Assembly: GCA_036676985.1 (NCBI GenBank)
Contig: JAKFBU010000047.1
Span: forward strand, 8,096-72,095
Length of the DNA stretch: 64,000 bases
From: Candidatus Sericytochromatia bacterium
GTDB lineage: Bacteria > Cyanobacteriota > Sericytochromatia > S15B-MN24 > UBA4093
Reading direction: 5' to 3'
Shown here: piece by piece, positions 51,378 through 60,286 of the stretch
Numbering within the stretch: position 1 is the first letter of the stretch
How the letters are laid out: each line of letters begins with the position of its first letter
The notes under the pieces: model-generated
Seen by the model: only the letters and a program-made list of their open reading frames with translations
Database searches by the model: none
What the model was told of the DNA's origin: nothing
Program-made: the position numbers and the translations under genes

Positions 51378-51701
51378 TTAGTCCGCCTCGTCGCCACCGC
51401 CACCACCACGATAGAAGTATCCCGTGCCCAGCGCGTTGATGCACGTGGTCCGGCGCGCCCGGCAAACCCGTCGGGCGGTCCGGTAGCCCAGGCTGTAGCG
51501 CAGGGTCCCCATGCAGTTCCAGTAACGGGCGCGGCAAATCTGGACTCCGGTGCCGCCCTCGTACTGCTGGACGGCTCGTGACCCGACGGACGACGTCTCC
51601 GGGGCCGTCGGGCCGGTGGCCGCGACGTTGGGGCCACAGCCCGAGAGGGCCGTCATGGCGACCAACCCGATGCCGAGCATGAGTTTGCGAGTGCCGTTCA
51701 T
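51378..51701 (-). CDS. Small lipoprotein precursor with twin-CX6C core (B)
   Basis: Lipobox LSG-C, AVQQYEGG, C-x6-C-x16-C-x6-C. Confidence 0.8.
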   Translation of the reverse strand: MNGTRKLMLGIGLVAMTALSGCGPNVAATGPTAPETSSVGSRAVQQYEGGTGVQICRARYWNCMGTLRYSLGYRTARRVCRARRTTCINALGTGYFYRGGGGGDEAD

Positions 51702-51724
51702 GCGTCACCCCCTCATTTGCAGGA

Positions 51725-51752
51725 CGACGATCGGCCGCGAGGCCGATCGTCG
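51725..51752. terminator. Perfect 12-bp hairpin between precursors C and B
   Basis: CGACGATCGGCC-GCGA-GGCCGATCGTCG. Confidence 0.55.
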
Positions 51753-51759
51753 ATTGCCG

Positions 51760-52050
51760 CTAGCGCGAGCGGTAGAAGAAGCCCTCGCCGAGGGCGTTGA
51801 TACAGGTGGACCGCCGCTGAGCGCAGACGCCGAGCGCCTGATCGCCCAGGCTCGGAACGAGCTGGACGAGGCAGTTACGGTAGCGGGTCTGGCAGATCTC
51901 CGTGCCGGTTCCGCCCTCGTACTGCTGGACCTGGAAGCCGCTCGTATTCGCCGTGACCTGGGTCGGCTGGCTGGAAGTGACCGTCGCGGGGCCGCACCCC
52001 AGCAGTCCGACCGTCGCCAGCAGACCAAAACCCAACATATGCCGTGTCAT
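51760..52050 (-). CDS. Small lipoprotein precursor with twin-CX6C core (C)
   Basis: AGGAGG SD, lipobox LLG-C, FQVQQYEGG, C-x6-C-x15-C-x6-C; paralog of B. Confidence 0.8.
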   Translation of the reverse strand: MTRHMLGFGLLATVGLLGCGPATVTSSQPTQVTANTSGFQVQQYEGGTGTEICQTRYRNCLVQLVPSLGDQALGVCAQRRSTCINALGEGFFYRSR

Positions 52051-52247
52051 GCATCTTCCTCCTTCCGGCTAGGTGAATGAAGATGACAGGTACAGGTCTG
52101 CCGCGCACCTCAAGAGCAGGCGGCAGGTGACACGATCGTTTTTTCAGTGCCGGAATGATGAAGATTTTTCAGGTCATCTTCAAGAGGCAGGCGGCCCTTC
52201 GCGCGTCGTGGGGCTGGGAGCGCCGGCGCTCCCAGGTGGACATCGCG

Positions 52248-54059
52248 CTAGGTTCGGACGGAGGCAGGGGCGAACTGCTCGCGGTAGAGCTGCTCGTAGA
52301 GCCCGCCCCGTGCCAGCAGCTCGGAGTGCGTGCCGCGGTCTACGATGCGGCCGTCCTGCATCACGAGGATGAGGTCCGCATGCAGGATGGTCGAGAGGCG
52401 ATGCGCGATGGCGAGCGTCGTCCGGCCCTGCATGACCGTGTTGAGGGCCTGCTGGATGAGCGTCTCGGAGTGGGAGTCCAGGCTCGAGGTGGCCTCGTCC
52501 AGGATGAGCACCCGCGGCGACTTGAGGATGACGCGCGCGAGTGCCAGGCGCTGCTTCTCGCCGCCTGACATGCGGTAGCCCCGCTCGCCCACCACCGAGT
52601 CGTAGCCCTCGGGCAGGCTCGCGATGAGGTCGTGGATGTTGGCCGCACGACAGGCCGCCTCGAGCTCCTCCTGCGTGGCGTCGGGCTTGGCGTAGAGCAG
52701 ATTCTCGCGGATGGTCGTGTGGAACAAAAAGGGCTCCTGCGTGACCACGCCGATCTGGGCCTCCAGGCTCTCGAGCGTGACGTCCCGGACGTCGAGCCCA
52801 TCCAGGAGGACCCGCCCCTCGTCCGGATCGTAGAAGCGGGGAATCAGGTAGCTGAGGCTCGTCTTGCCCGCCCCCGAGGGCCCCACGACCGCGACCAGCG
52901 AGCCCGGGGCCGCCGTGAAGTCGATGTCCGTAAGGAGCGTCCGATCCTCGCGGTAGCGGAAGCTCACATGCTCGAAGCGCAGCTCGCCCTCGACGCGCGA
53001 GAGGGTCCGGGCGCCCGGACGGTCCTGGATCGCCGGCACCAGGTCCAAGACGGTGAAGATCCGCTCGAAGACGGCGAGGGCCGACATGACCTCCACGTGC
53101 ACGTTGGCGAGCGCCGAGACGGGCGAGTAGAGGCGGCCCAGGTAGGCGACGAAGGCCACCAGCGTGCCCACCGTGAGGGCACCGCTCACGATGAGGTGGC
53201 CGCCGTACCAGTAGATGATGGCGGGGCCCAGGGCCGAGAACAGGCCGAGCGCCAGCGTGAACCAACGCCACAAGAGGGACCGCCGGATCTGGATGTCGCG
53301 CAGCTCCAGGCTCAGGCCGCTGTAGCGATCGCGCTCCCGCTTGCGGTTGCCGAACACCCGGCGCATCAGGAAGCCGTTGATGCTCATGGCGTCCTGCACG
53401 TAGGAGGTGAGGTCCGCCTTCTTCTCCTGGGACTGGGTGACGATCTTCTGGCGCAGGCGCCCCACCCACCGGGCGGGCAGGATGAAGAGCGGGAGGATGG
53501 CGATGGCCAAGAGCGCCAGGCGCCACTCGAGCATGAAGACGATGACCAGCGTCGAGAGGACCGTCAGGACGTTGTTGGAGATGGCGAGCACCGTGTCCGA
53601 GAACACGTCCTGCAGGTCGTTGACGTCGTTGTTGAGCCGGCTGGTGATCTCGCCCGGCCGGGTGGCCGTGAAGTAGGCCATGGTCTGCTGCTGCAGCTTG
53701 GCGAAGAGCTGGAGCCGGATGTCGAGCATGATGCCCTGGCTGACGAGCTCGTCCAGGTAGGTCTCGAGCACGCCCAAGAGGCCCACCACCAGCGGCACCA
53801 CGATCATGCCGACGGCGAGCCAGTTGAGGAGCGCCTGGTTGCCGTGGGGCAGGGCGTCGTCGATGAGGGCGCGCAGCAGGAGGGGCGGGATGAGCCCCAG
53901 GACGGCCGTGATGGCGATGACGAGCAGGGTCCACGCCGCGCGGCCCCAGTAAGGCTTGAAGTAGGCGACGATGCGCCGCAGGTGCTCGCGGGAAAGGGTG
54001 GCGCGCTCCGCCTCGGCGCCGAGGCGCCAGGCTCCCCAGTGACTGCTGCCTCCGAGCAT
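52248..54059 (-). CDS. ABC exporter, fused permease/ATPase (MsbA/MdlB-like)
   Basis: 6-TM domain, GPSGAGKT, MSGGEKQR, ILDEATS, AHRLST. Confidence 0.95.
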   Translation of the reverse strand: MLGGSSHWGAWRLGAEAERATLSREHLRRIVAYFKPYWGRAAWTLLVIAITAVLGLIPPLLLRALIDDALPHGNQALLNWLAVGMIVVPLVVGLLGVLETYLDELVSQGIMLDIRLQLFAKLQQQTMAYFTATRPGEITSRLNNDVNDLQDVFSDTVLAISNNVLTVLSTLVIVFMLEWRLALLAIAILPLFILPARWVGRLRQKIVTQSQEKKADLTSYVQDAMSINGFLMRRVFGNRKRERDRYSGLSLELRDIQIRRSLLWRWFTLALGLFSALGPAIIYWYGGHLIVSGALTVGTLVAFVAYLGRLYSPVSALANVHVEVMSALAVFERIFTVLDLVPAIQDRPGARTLSRVEGELRFEHVSFRYREDRTLLTDIDFTAAPGSLVAVVGPSGAGKTSLSYLIPRFYDPDEGRVLLDGLDVRDVTLESLEAQIGVVTQEPFLFHTTIRENLLYAKPDATQEELEAACRAANIHDLIASLPEGYDSVVGERGYRMSGGEKQRLALARVILKSPRVLILDEATSSLDSHSETLIQQALNTVMQGRTTLAIAHRLSTILHADLILVMQDGRIVDRGTHSELLARGGLYEQLYREQFAPASVRT

Positions 54060-54145
54060 GGCCGACCGACTTTCTAGGGCAACGAATGCCGGGATCCAAC
54101 CTCGCACGCTCCAACGCGGATGTCAACGCGCGGTATACTACCGGT

Positions 54146-54679
54146 ATGCTGCTAGGAATCTTGGGGGCGCTTGCGATCGCCCTGTTCATCTACGTCGGAT
54201 TGGCCGCCATGCGCGATCCCGAGGCGGGGCTCGGCGAAAACGCCGCCCTGCCCGCCCTCATCGCCCCGCGGCCCCACCTGCTCGACGCCCTCCAGGCGGA
54301 GGTCTTCGCGGTGCTCGAAGAGCCCCTGCGCCGGCTCGGCCTGGTGGTCTTCCCCAAGGTGCGCATGGAGACGGCCTTTACGCCGGGGCGCCTCGCGCAC
54401 ACGGGGTGGCACCGCATGAAAAACGCGCCGATCGACTTTCTGGTCGTTCGGCGCGAGGGCTTCGAGCCCGTCGGGCTCATCCTCCTCGAGACGGCCCAAA
54501 AGGCCGACTACCTCGAAGAGGAGAACCGTCAAATGAAGGAGAGCGCGATTGCCGAATCCGGAATCCCGCTCTTGAAGCTGTCTTTGGACCCGGACAAGCC
54601 CCTCGGCGAGGCCGCCGAGGACATGCTTGACTGGGTGCGCCAGGTGGTCCTCGGCGCATCCGACCGGACCCGGCCGTAA
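54146..54679 (+). CDS. Membrane-anchored DUF2726-like protein
   Basis: N-terminal TM, VFPKVRM, IDFLVV, KE...SGIPLL. Confidence 0.7.
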   Translation: MLLGILGALAIALFIYVGLAAMRDPEAGLGENAALPALIAPRPHLLDALQAEVFAVLEEPLRRLGLVVFPKVRMETAFTPGRLAHTGWHRMKNAPIDFLVVRREGFEPVGLILLETAQKADYLEEENRQMKESAIAESGIPLLKLSLDPDKPLGEAAEDMLDWVRQVVLGASDRTRP

Positions 54680-54698
54680 GGGCGGGCCGGCGGGGATC

Positions 54699-55127
54699 CT
54701 ACTCCGAAGGCAGCAGGACCCAGGTCGACTTGTTGTAGTCGAAGAACACCATCGAGCGACGGAGCTTCTTGCCGAACTGGTCGTACGGCAGGTAGGGCTC
54801 GGCGTCCTTGATGTCGCCTTCCTGGGTGGTGGTGCCCACGCAGTACTTCTGGCCGTTGACCTCGAAGATGGTCATGACCATGGTCCGCTTGGTGTCCTCG
54901 ACGTACCACAGCTTGTTGTCGGCGACCTCGTACCGCGCGTTGGGGTTTTGCGCGCGGATCTCCGCGGTCCAGGCCTCGGCGAGCGTGTCATCCCACGAGA
55001 AGACATCGTGGCCGCAGTAGCGGTCCTCGCCCAGCAACTTGGTGACGACGAAAACGCGGGCTTGCCCCTCGGCGTCGGTCTCTTTGACCAGCATGCCGGG
55101 TTGGAGCTCTTGACGATTCAGGTTCAA
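54699..55127 (-). CDS. Hypothetical protein
   Basis: AAGGAGG SD before TTG; GC3-biased codons. Confidence 0.7.
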   Translation of the reverse strand: MNLNRQELQPGMLVKETDAEGQARVFVVTKLLGEDRYCGHDVFSWDDTLAEAWTAEIRAQNPNARYEVADNKLWYVEDTKRTMVMTIFEVNGQKYCVGTTTQEGDIKDAEPYLPYDQFGKKLRRSMVFFDYNKSTWVLLPSE

Positions 55128-55412
55128 ATAGCCTCCTTATGCGATTGAAAAAGAACCTTGGGCTATGGGGATCCATTCTATCAAGATCCGGGAGCGTCAC
55201 AATCGGACGGACCACTAACAAATTGAGGCAGATCGTCTATGTCTTGGCCAGCGTTTGGGCGTTTTCATGTCGATAGAATGGCTCCACAACTCTATTATAG
55301 ACCCTTTTGAGGGCGAACTTGCGAGCAAACCCTCGCCCGGGCGGGAACTTGCGGAACCAAGCGCCGTCCGGGTACTCTTATAGCCCACACTTCCGTCGGA
55401 AAGGATCGTGCC

Positions 55413-57101
55413 ATGGCCAGTCCACACGCTGCTGTGACCCCGTCGCTGCCCCTTGACGGCTCGACCGTCCAGTCGGCCTACGAGCGCCTCGCCGCCCAGC
55501 TTCCGGACCTCCGGGGGCAGGCCGCCTGGGAGGCCTTCCTGGCCGAGTGGAACCGCCTGAAGGAGCGCATCTCGGGCGAGCGCGCCCGGCGCGACTTCAA
55601 GGAGGCCCAGGACACCCGCGACGCGGTGGCGGAAGAAGCCAACCGGCAGATGCGCGAGGACGTCCTGCCCGTGGCCGAGGCCTACGACGCCCGGATCCGG
55701 GCGGCGCTCCTGGCGGCCCCCGAGCGCCCCGAGCTGGAGGCGCGCTACGGCCGGCTGCTCTTCGCGGTCTTCGCCAACGAGCAGGCGGCCTTCGCCGAGC
55801 CCAACATTCCCCTCAACGTCGAGGCCGGCGAGCTCACGGCCCGCTACGAGCGCATCCTGGGCGGGGCGGCCATCCCCGTCGACGGCGAGCCCCTGACGCT
55901 CACGCGCACCAACGCGCTGTTGTGCCACCCGGACGAGACCAAGCGCCGTGCGGCCTGGGAGGCCCAGTCGCGGTGGATCAACGAGCGCTCGGGCGAGATC
56001 CACGAGATCTATTCGGGCCTGGTCGGCCTGCGCCAGACGATGGCGAGTAACCTGGGCGAGACCAACTTCGTGCCGGTGGGCTACCGCCGCATGAACCGGC
56101 TCGACTACGGTCCGCAGGAGGTTTCGACCTTCCGCGAGTCGATCAAGCGTCACATCGTGCCCCTGGTCGCGAAGCTGCGCGAGAAGCAGGCCGAGTGGCT
56201 CGGCGTGGACACGATCAAGCCCTGGAACATGGGCTACTTCCCGGGCTGCTCGTTGCCGCCCGGTGTGGTGCCCATCGAGGAGCAGTGGCAGCGCGCCCAG
56301 TCCCTCTTCGATCGCATGCACCCCAAGCTCGGCGCCCACTACCGGAACATGGTGAACGGCGGCCTCATCGACCTCGAGAACCGGCCGGGCAAGCGCCCGG
56401 GGGCCTTCTGCACCTCGTTCGACGACGATCACCAGATCGCCATCTTCTGCAACAGCACGGGCGATGCCGAGGACGTGAGCACGCTGACCCACGAGATGGG
56501 CCACGCGTTCCAGGGCTGGGAGAGCCAGTGGATCGAGCCCCTCGAGCTGCGGTGGCCGACGCTCGAGGCCTGCGAGGTCCACTCCATGGGCATGGAGTTC
56601 CTATCCCTGCACGAGCTGGAGACGTTCTTCTCGCAGGAGGACGCCGCCAAGTTCCGCAAGCTCAAGCTCATCGATACCGTGACCATCCTGCCCTACATCG
56701 CGGTGGTCGACGCCTTCCAGCACTGGGTCTACGAGCATCCCGAGCACTCGAGCGAGGAGCGCGACGCCGCCTGGAGCCGCCTCTGGGACGAGTTCGTGCC
56801 CGGCGTGGACTTCTCGGGCTACGAGGCATTCAAGGCTTGCCGCTGGAAGCGCCAGATCCACCTGTTCAGCGACCCCTTCTACTACATCGACTACGCCATC
56901 GCGGAATCCGGCGCCCTGCAGCTCTGGCTCATGGCCGAACAGGATCGCGAGAAGGCGATGGAGACCTACCTGGAGCTGTGCCGCATCGGCGGCTCGCAGT
57001 CCCTGCTCTCCATCTTCCGCTCGGCGAACCTGGTGTCGCCCTTCGACCCCGAGGTCTTCACGCCCGCGGTCGAGGCCATCCGGCGGGAGCTGGAGCTCTA
57101 G
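55413..57101 (+). CDS. M3B oligoendopeptidase F family
   Basis: RPGKRPGAFC, HEMGH, EVHSMGME, HLF-DPFYYIDY. Confidence 0.93.
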   Translation: MASPHAAVTPSLPLDGSTVQSAYERLAAQLPDLRGQAAWEAFLAEWNRLKERISGERARRDFKEAQDTRDAVAEEANRQMREDVLPVAEAYDARIRAALLAAPERPELEARYGRLLFAVFANEQAAFAEPNIPLNVEAGELTARYERILGGAAIPVDGEPLTLTRTNALLCHPDETKRRAAWEAQSRWINERSGEIHEIYSGLVGLRQTMASNLGETNFVPVGYRRMNRLDYGPQEVSTFRESIKRHIVPLVAKLREKQAEWLGVDTIKPWNMGYFPGCSLPPGVVPIEEQWQRAQSLFDRMHPKLGAHYRNMVNGGLIDLENRPGKRPGAFCTSFDDDHQIAIFCNSTGDAEDVSTLTHEMGHAFQGWESQWIEPLELRWPTLEACEVHSMGMEFLSLHELETFFSQEDAAKFRKLKLIDTVTILPYIAVVDAFQHWVYEHPEHSSEERDAAWSRLWDEFVPGVDFSGYEAFKACRWKRQIHLFSDPFYYIDYAIAESGALQLWLMAEQDREKAMETYLELCRIGGSQSLLSIFRSANLVSPFDPEVFTPAVEAIRRELEL

Positions 57102-57104
57102 GGC

Positions 57105-58097
57105 ATGCCCGCGGCGAAGCCCATGGAACCGACGCGCGAAGGACTGGACTGGCTGGGCAAGACGTCCCTGGACGACTTGCCGTACGAGGTGGCGCGCCGC
57201 ATGGAGGCCGCCTTCAACCGGGGCGTCGAGCAGGGCTACCGGCGGGGCTACGATGCGGGCGGCCATGCGGCCGAGCAGCAGCTCCGACGGGAGGCCGAGG
57301 AGCGTATCGCCGCCATCCTCGCCAAGCAGCCCGAGGTGGAGGACCTGGGCTACCGCAAGGGCTACGATGCGGCCCGCATCGAGGTCGAGGACCGCCTGCA
57401 CGCGGAGACGGTCGAGCGGGTGCGCGAGGCGGAGGCCCGCGGGTACCGCAGCGGCCAGGAAGAAGCGGAGCAGCGCCTGCAGTCCGAGGTGGATCGCGAT
57501 CGCCAGGCCTGGCTCGAGTACAAGGCCGAGGAGGAGCGCAAGCAGGCCGAGGCCAACCTCAAGGAGGCCGAGGAGCGCATGCGCGCCTTCGAGCGGATGA
57601 TGCGCGATCGCGAACAGCGCCTGCGCGCGGAGCTCGAGGCCGAGTACCAGGGCGGGGCGCATGCCGGTGGGGCGCCGGGCAAGTCTGCCCTCGAAGAGGC
57701 CTATCAGCGCGGACTGCGCGAGGCGTCGGTGGTGCGGGCCGCGAACGACAACGCCAAGCTCGACTCGGCCCGCAAGCAGGCCTACCAGAGCGGCTTCGAG
57801 CACGGCCTGGCCAAGGCCAAGCGGGACCTCGAGGGGGCGAGCAGCAACCAGGTCGAGGACGCCCGGCGCCAGGGCTACAAGGAAGGTCTGGCCGAAGGGC
57901 GCCGGGGCTCCTTGGGCATCGAAGGCTCGCGCAGCTGGGCGCTCGGCATCATGCACCTGCCGGACGAGGCGACGGCCGAGGAGGTGCGGCAGCGCTTCCG
58001 CAAGCTGTCAAAGGTCTTCCACCCGGACCAGAACCCGGACCTGGGCGACTCCTTCATCAAGAACCTCCAGCGGGCCCGGGACATCCTCGGGGATTAG
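57105..58097 (+). CDS. FliH-like GxxxG repeat coiled coil with C-terminal J-domain
   Basis: Repeated G(Y/F/L)xxG units; VRQRFRKLSKVFHPD. Confidence 0.8.
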   Translation: MPAAKPMEPTREGLDWLGKTSLDDLPYEVARRMEAAFNRGVEQGYRRGYDAGGHAAEQQLRREAEERIAAILAKQPEVEDLGYRKGYDAARIEVEDRLHAETVERVREAEARGYRSGQEEAEQRLQSEVDRDRQAWLEYKAEEERKQAEANLKEAEERMRAFERMMRDREQRLRAELEAEYQGGAHAGGAPGKSALEEAYQRGLREASVVRAANDNAKLDSARKQAYQSGFEHGLAKAKRDLEGASSNQVEDARRQGYKEGLAEGRRGSLGIEGSRSWALGIMHLPDEATAEEVRQRFRKLSKVFHPDQNPDLGDSFIKNLQRARDILGD

Positions 58098-58181
58098 GTT
58101 AATTTCTTCCTAAGTGCAGGTTAACAAAACGCCCCTCGCGTGGTAGGATGCTTCGTAGGCTACCCTACGATGAGAGGTGCG

Positions 58182-59177
58182 ATGATGCGGCTCCGGCCCT
58201 TGAGCTTGGCGATTCTGGGTGTCTTCCTGGCAGGCTGCGGCGTGACGTCGCTGCAGCCCCGCGCGACGATGGAGGAGCGCCTTGCGGGCCGGTCCTTCAA
58301 GGCCGTCGAGTCGGGCGTCAGCAAGGAGCGGCTTCAGGCGACCCTGGGCGTGCTCGCGGGCAAGACGCCGATCCCCGGCAGCAAGGCGATCCCCGAGCGC
58401 GGGACGGCCGAGGGCCGCCTCATGACTCGCCAGTACCTCGTCTCGGTGCTCGAGAGCCTCGGCTACAAGGTCGAGCGCCAGGGCTACCGCAAGACCGGAG
58501 AGAACCTCTTCGTCCGCCTGATGGCCACCGAGCCGACCGATGAGTACGTGCTGGTCGGCGCCCACATGGACTCGGTGAAGAACGCCGGCGCCAACGACAA
58601 CGGCACCGGTTCTTCGGCGGTGCTCGAGGTGGCGACGGTCCTCAAGGGGCTCGGCGATCGCAAGGTCAACGTGATCATCGCCTGGTTCGACGAGGAGGAG
58701 CTGGGCCTCATCGGCAGCTACGCCATGGCCCGCGCGTTCAAGCAGCAGGGCCTGCGCGTCACGTCGGTCCATACCATCGACATGATGGGTTGGGACTCGG
58801 ACAAGGACCGTACGGTGGAGATCGAACAGCCGGACGGTGGCCTCTGGGACTACTACCGGATGGTCAACGACAAGCACGGCCTCAAGCTGCCCCTGAAGCG
58901 CACGAGCTCGGGCTCCACGGACCACGTGGCCTTCCGCTCCGAGGGCTTCGACGCGGTGGGCTTGTGCGAGGAGTGGGCCGGCGGCGACACGACGCCCTAC
59001 TACCACAAGAAGTCGGACACCTACGAGACCATCGACTTCGACTTCCTGGCCTCGAGCACCCGTCTACTGGCGGCGGCCGTCGGCGACCTGGCGCAGAAGG
59101 TCCCCGCGCCCCCGGCGAGCGCGCGCCTGCCGCACTTCCTGTTCCCGGGACGGGATCGGCATTTCCATCAGCACTAG
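58182..59177 (+). CDS. M28-family peptidase lipoprotein
   Basis: Lipobox LAG-C, GAHMDS, GANDNGTG, EEELG, DM, DH, YH. Confidence 0.9.
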   Translation: MMRLRPLSLAILGVFLAGCGVTSLQPRATMEERLAGRSFKAVESGVSKERLQATLGVLAGKTPIPGSKAIPERGTAEGRLMTRQYLVSVLESLGYKVERQGYRKTGENLFVRLMATEPTDEYVLVGAHMDSVKNAGANDNGTGSSAVLEVATVLKGLGDRKVNVIIAWFDEEELGLIGSYAMARAFKQQGLRVTSVHTIDMMGWDSDKDRTVEIEQPDGGLWDYYRMVNDKHGLKLPLKRTSSGSTDHVAFRSEGFDAVGLCEEWAGGDTTPYYHKKSDTYETIDFDFLASSTRLLAAAVGDLAQKVPAPPASARLPHFLFPGRDRHFHQH

Positions 59178-59184
59178 GGCCTGA

Positions 59185-59354
59185 GACTCATTCTACCCCC
59201 CCAACCCCCCCTGCTTCGCAAGGGGGGCTTTTTGCGGACGGCCCCCTGGCGGGGGCAGATGTCTCGTGGGCTACTCATCCATCTGAACCTGCGCAGCAGG
59301 ACTCTCTGGGCCCCCCTTGCGAAGCAGGGGGGGGAAGGGGGGGTAAAACGAGTC
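59185..59354. repeat. MITE/REP-like element with about 44-bp terminal inverted repeats
   Basis: 59185-59228 is near-complementary to 59310-59354, with perfect core CCCCCCCTGCTTCGCAAGGGGGGC. Confidence 0.7.
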
Positions 59355-59367
59355 GACTCTCGGGCGC

Positions 59368-59574
59368 CTAAGCCCCACCGCCTCCCTGCCCACCCCCGCT
59401 CGATGCCCCCGTGCCGGGCTTCTTGTCCGCTTGTAGCAGCGTCTCGCGCTTCACCTCTTCCGAGTCCGGCAGGGAGCTCCGGAACGTCCGGGGCGCTGGG
59501 CCCTTCCCGTAGGTCTTGGATTGTGGCGAGGCCTGAGGCTGATCGCCGGTCCGTTGCTTGTCCGAATCTGCCAT
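59368..59574 (-). CDS. Hypothetical hydrophilic 68-aa protein
   Basis: AAAGGGGG SD, Gly-rich tail. Confidence 0.5.
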   Translation of the reverse strand: MADSDKQRTGDQPQASPQSKTYGKGPAPRTFRSSLPDSEEVKRETLLQADKKPGTGASSGGGQGGGGA

Positions 59575-59644
59575 GGTCGTCCCCCTTTCGCGTCAGCGGG
59601 ATCATAGCGACTGACGCCGAGGGTTGGCCACGGACAACGGGGCG

Positions 59645-60277
59645 TCAGGCTCCACGCGTCGCCCGCAACAGCTGGCGAGCCGCCGTTCGAACGGAGGCGC
59701 GCCCATGATCCCGGTACGCCTCGGCGAGGGCCGTGAGCCTCGGGTGCAGCGACGGATCGAGCGGGGCGAGGCGGGCGAAGCCCCGGAGCGCCCTGGCGGC
59801 GAACCTGCCCTCCGAGACCATTAGCGCCATCTGCAACAGCGGCAGGGCGCGTTGCAGGCGCTCGGGCCCCGTCGTGCCGTAGGCCGCCAGCGTGTCGACG
59901 GCATGGTCGCGCACGATGACGCTCGCATCCTCCTCGAGGAGGGTCGCGAGCCGCGGCAGCAGGGGATCCAGGAGTTCCGGCACCCGGTCGGCCACGAGCG
60001 ACAGGGCCTTCATGCCCTCCCAGCGCGATCGCGAGTGCCGCCGGTCCAGCAGCGGCAGCAGCCGTTCGGCATGGGGTGCGACGAGCTCGGGGCGCTGCTC
60101 CGCCACGAACGACAGCACCTCGGCGGCATCTCCCACCAGGGCGTTGTCCGGGCTCGCGAGACCCTGCACGAGGCGCTCGATGAGCTCCGGCTCCGCGACC
60201 ACGCGTTCGGCCACCCGGTGATTGGCGCCCTGGGTCTTATCGCCCGACTGGCTGGACAGCTCCCGCAACGGATCCAC
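59645..60277 (-). CDS. HEAT-repeat protein
   Basis: LLEEDASVIVRDHAVDTL, SVRTAARQLL helical repeats. Confidence 0.75.
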   Translation of the reverse strand: MDPLRELSSQSGDKTQGANHRVAERVVAEPELIERLVQGLASPDNALVGDAAEVLSFVAEQRPELVAPHAERLLPLLDRRHSRSRWEGMKALSLVADRVPELLDPLLPRLATLLEEDASVIVRDHAVDTLAAYGTTGPERLQRALPLLQMALMVSEGRFAARALRGFARLAPLDPSLHPRLTALAEAYRDHGRASVRTAARQLLRATRGA

Positions 60278-60286
60278 GGGCCCTCC

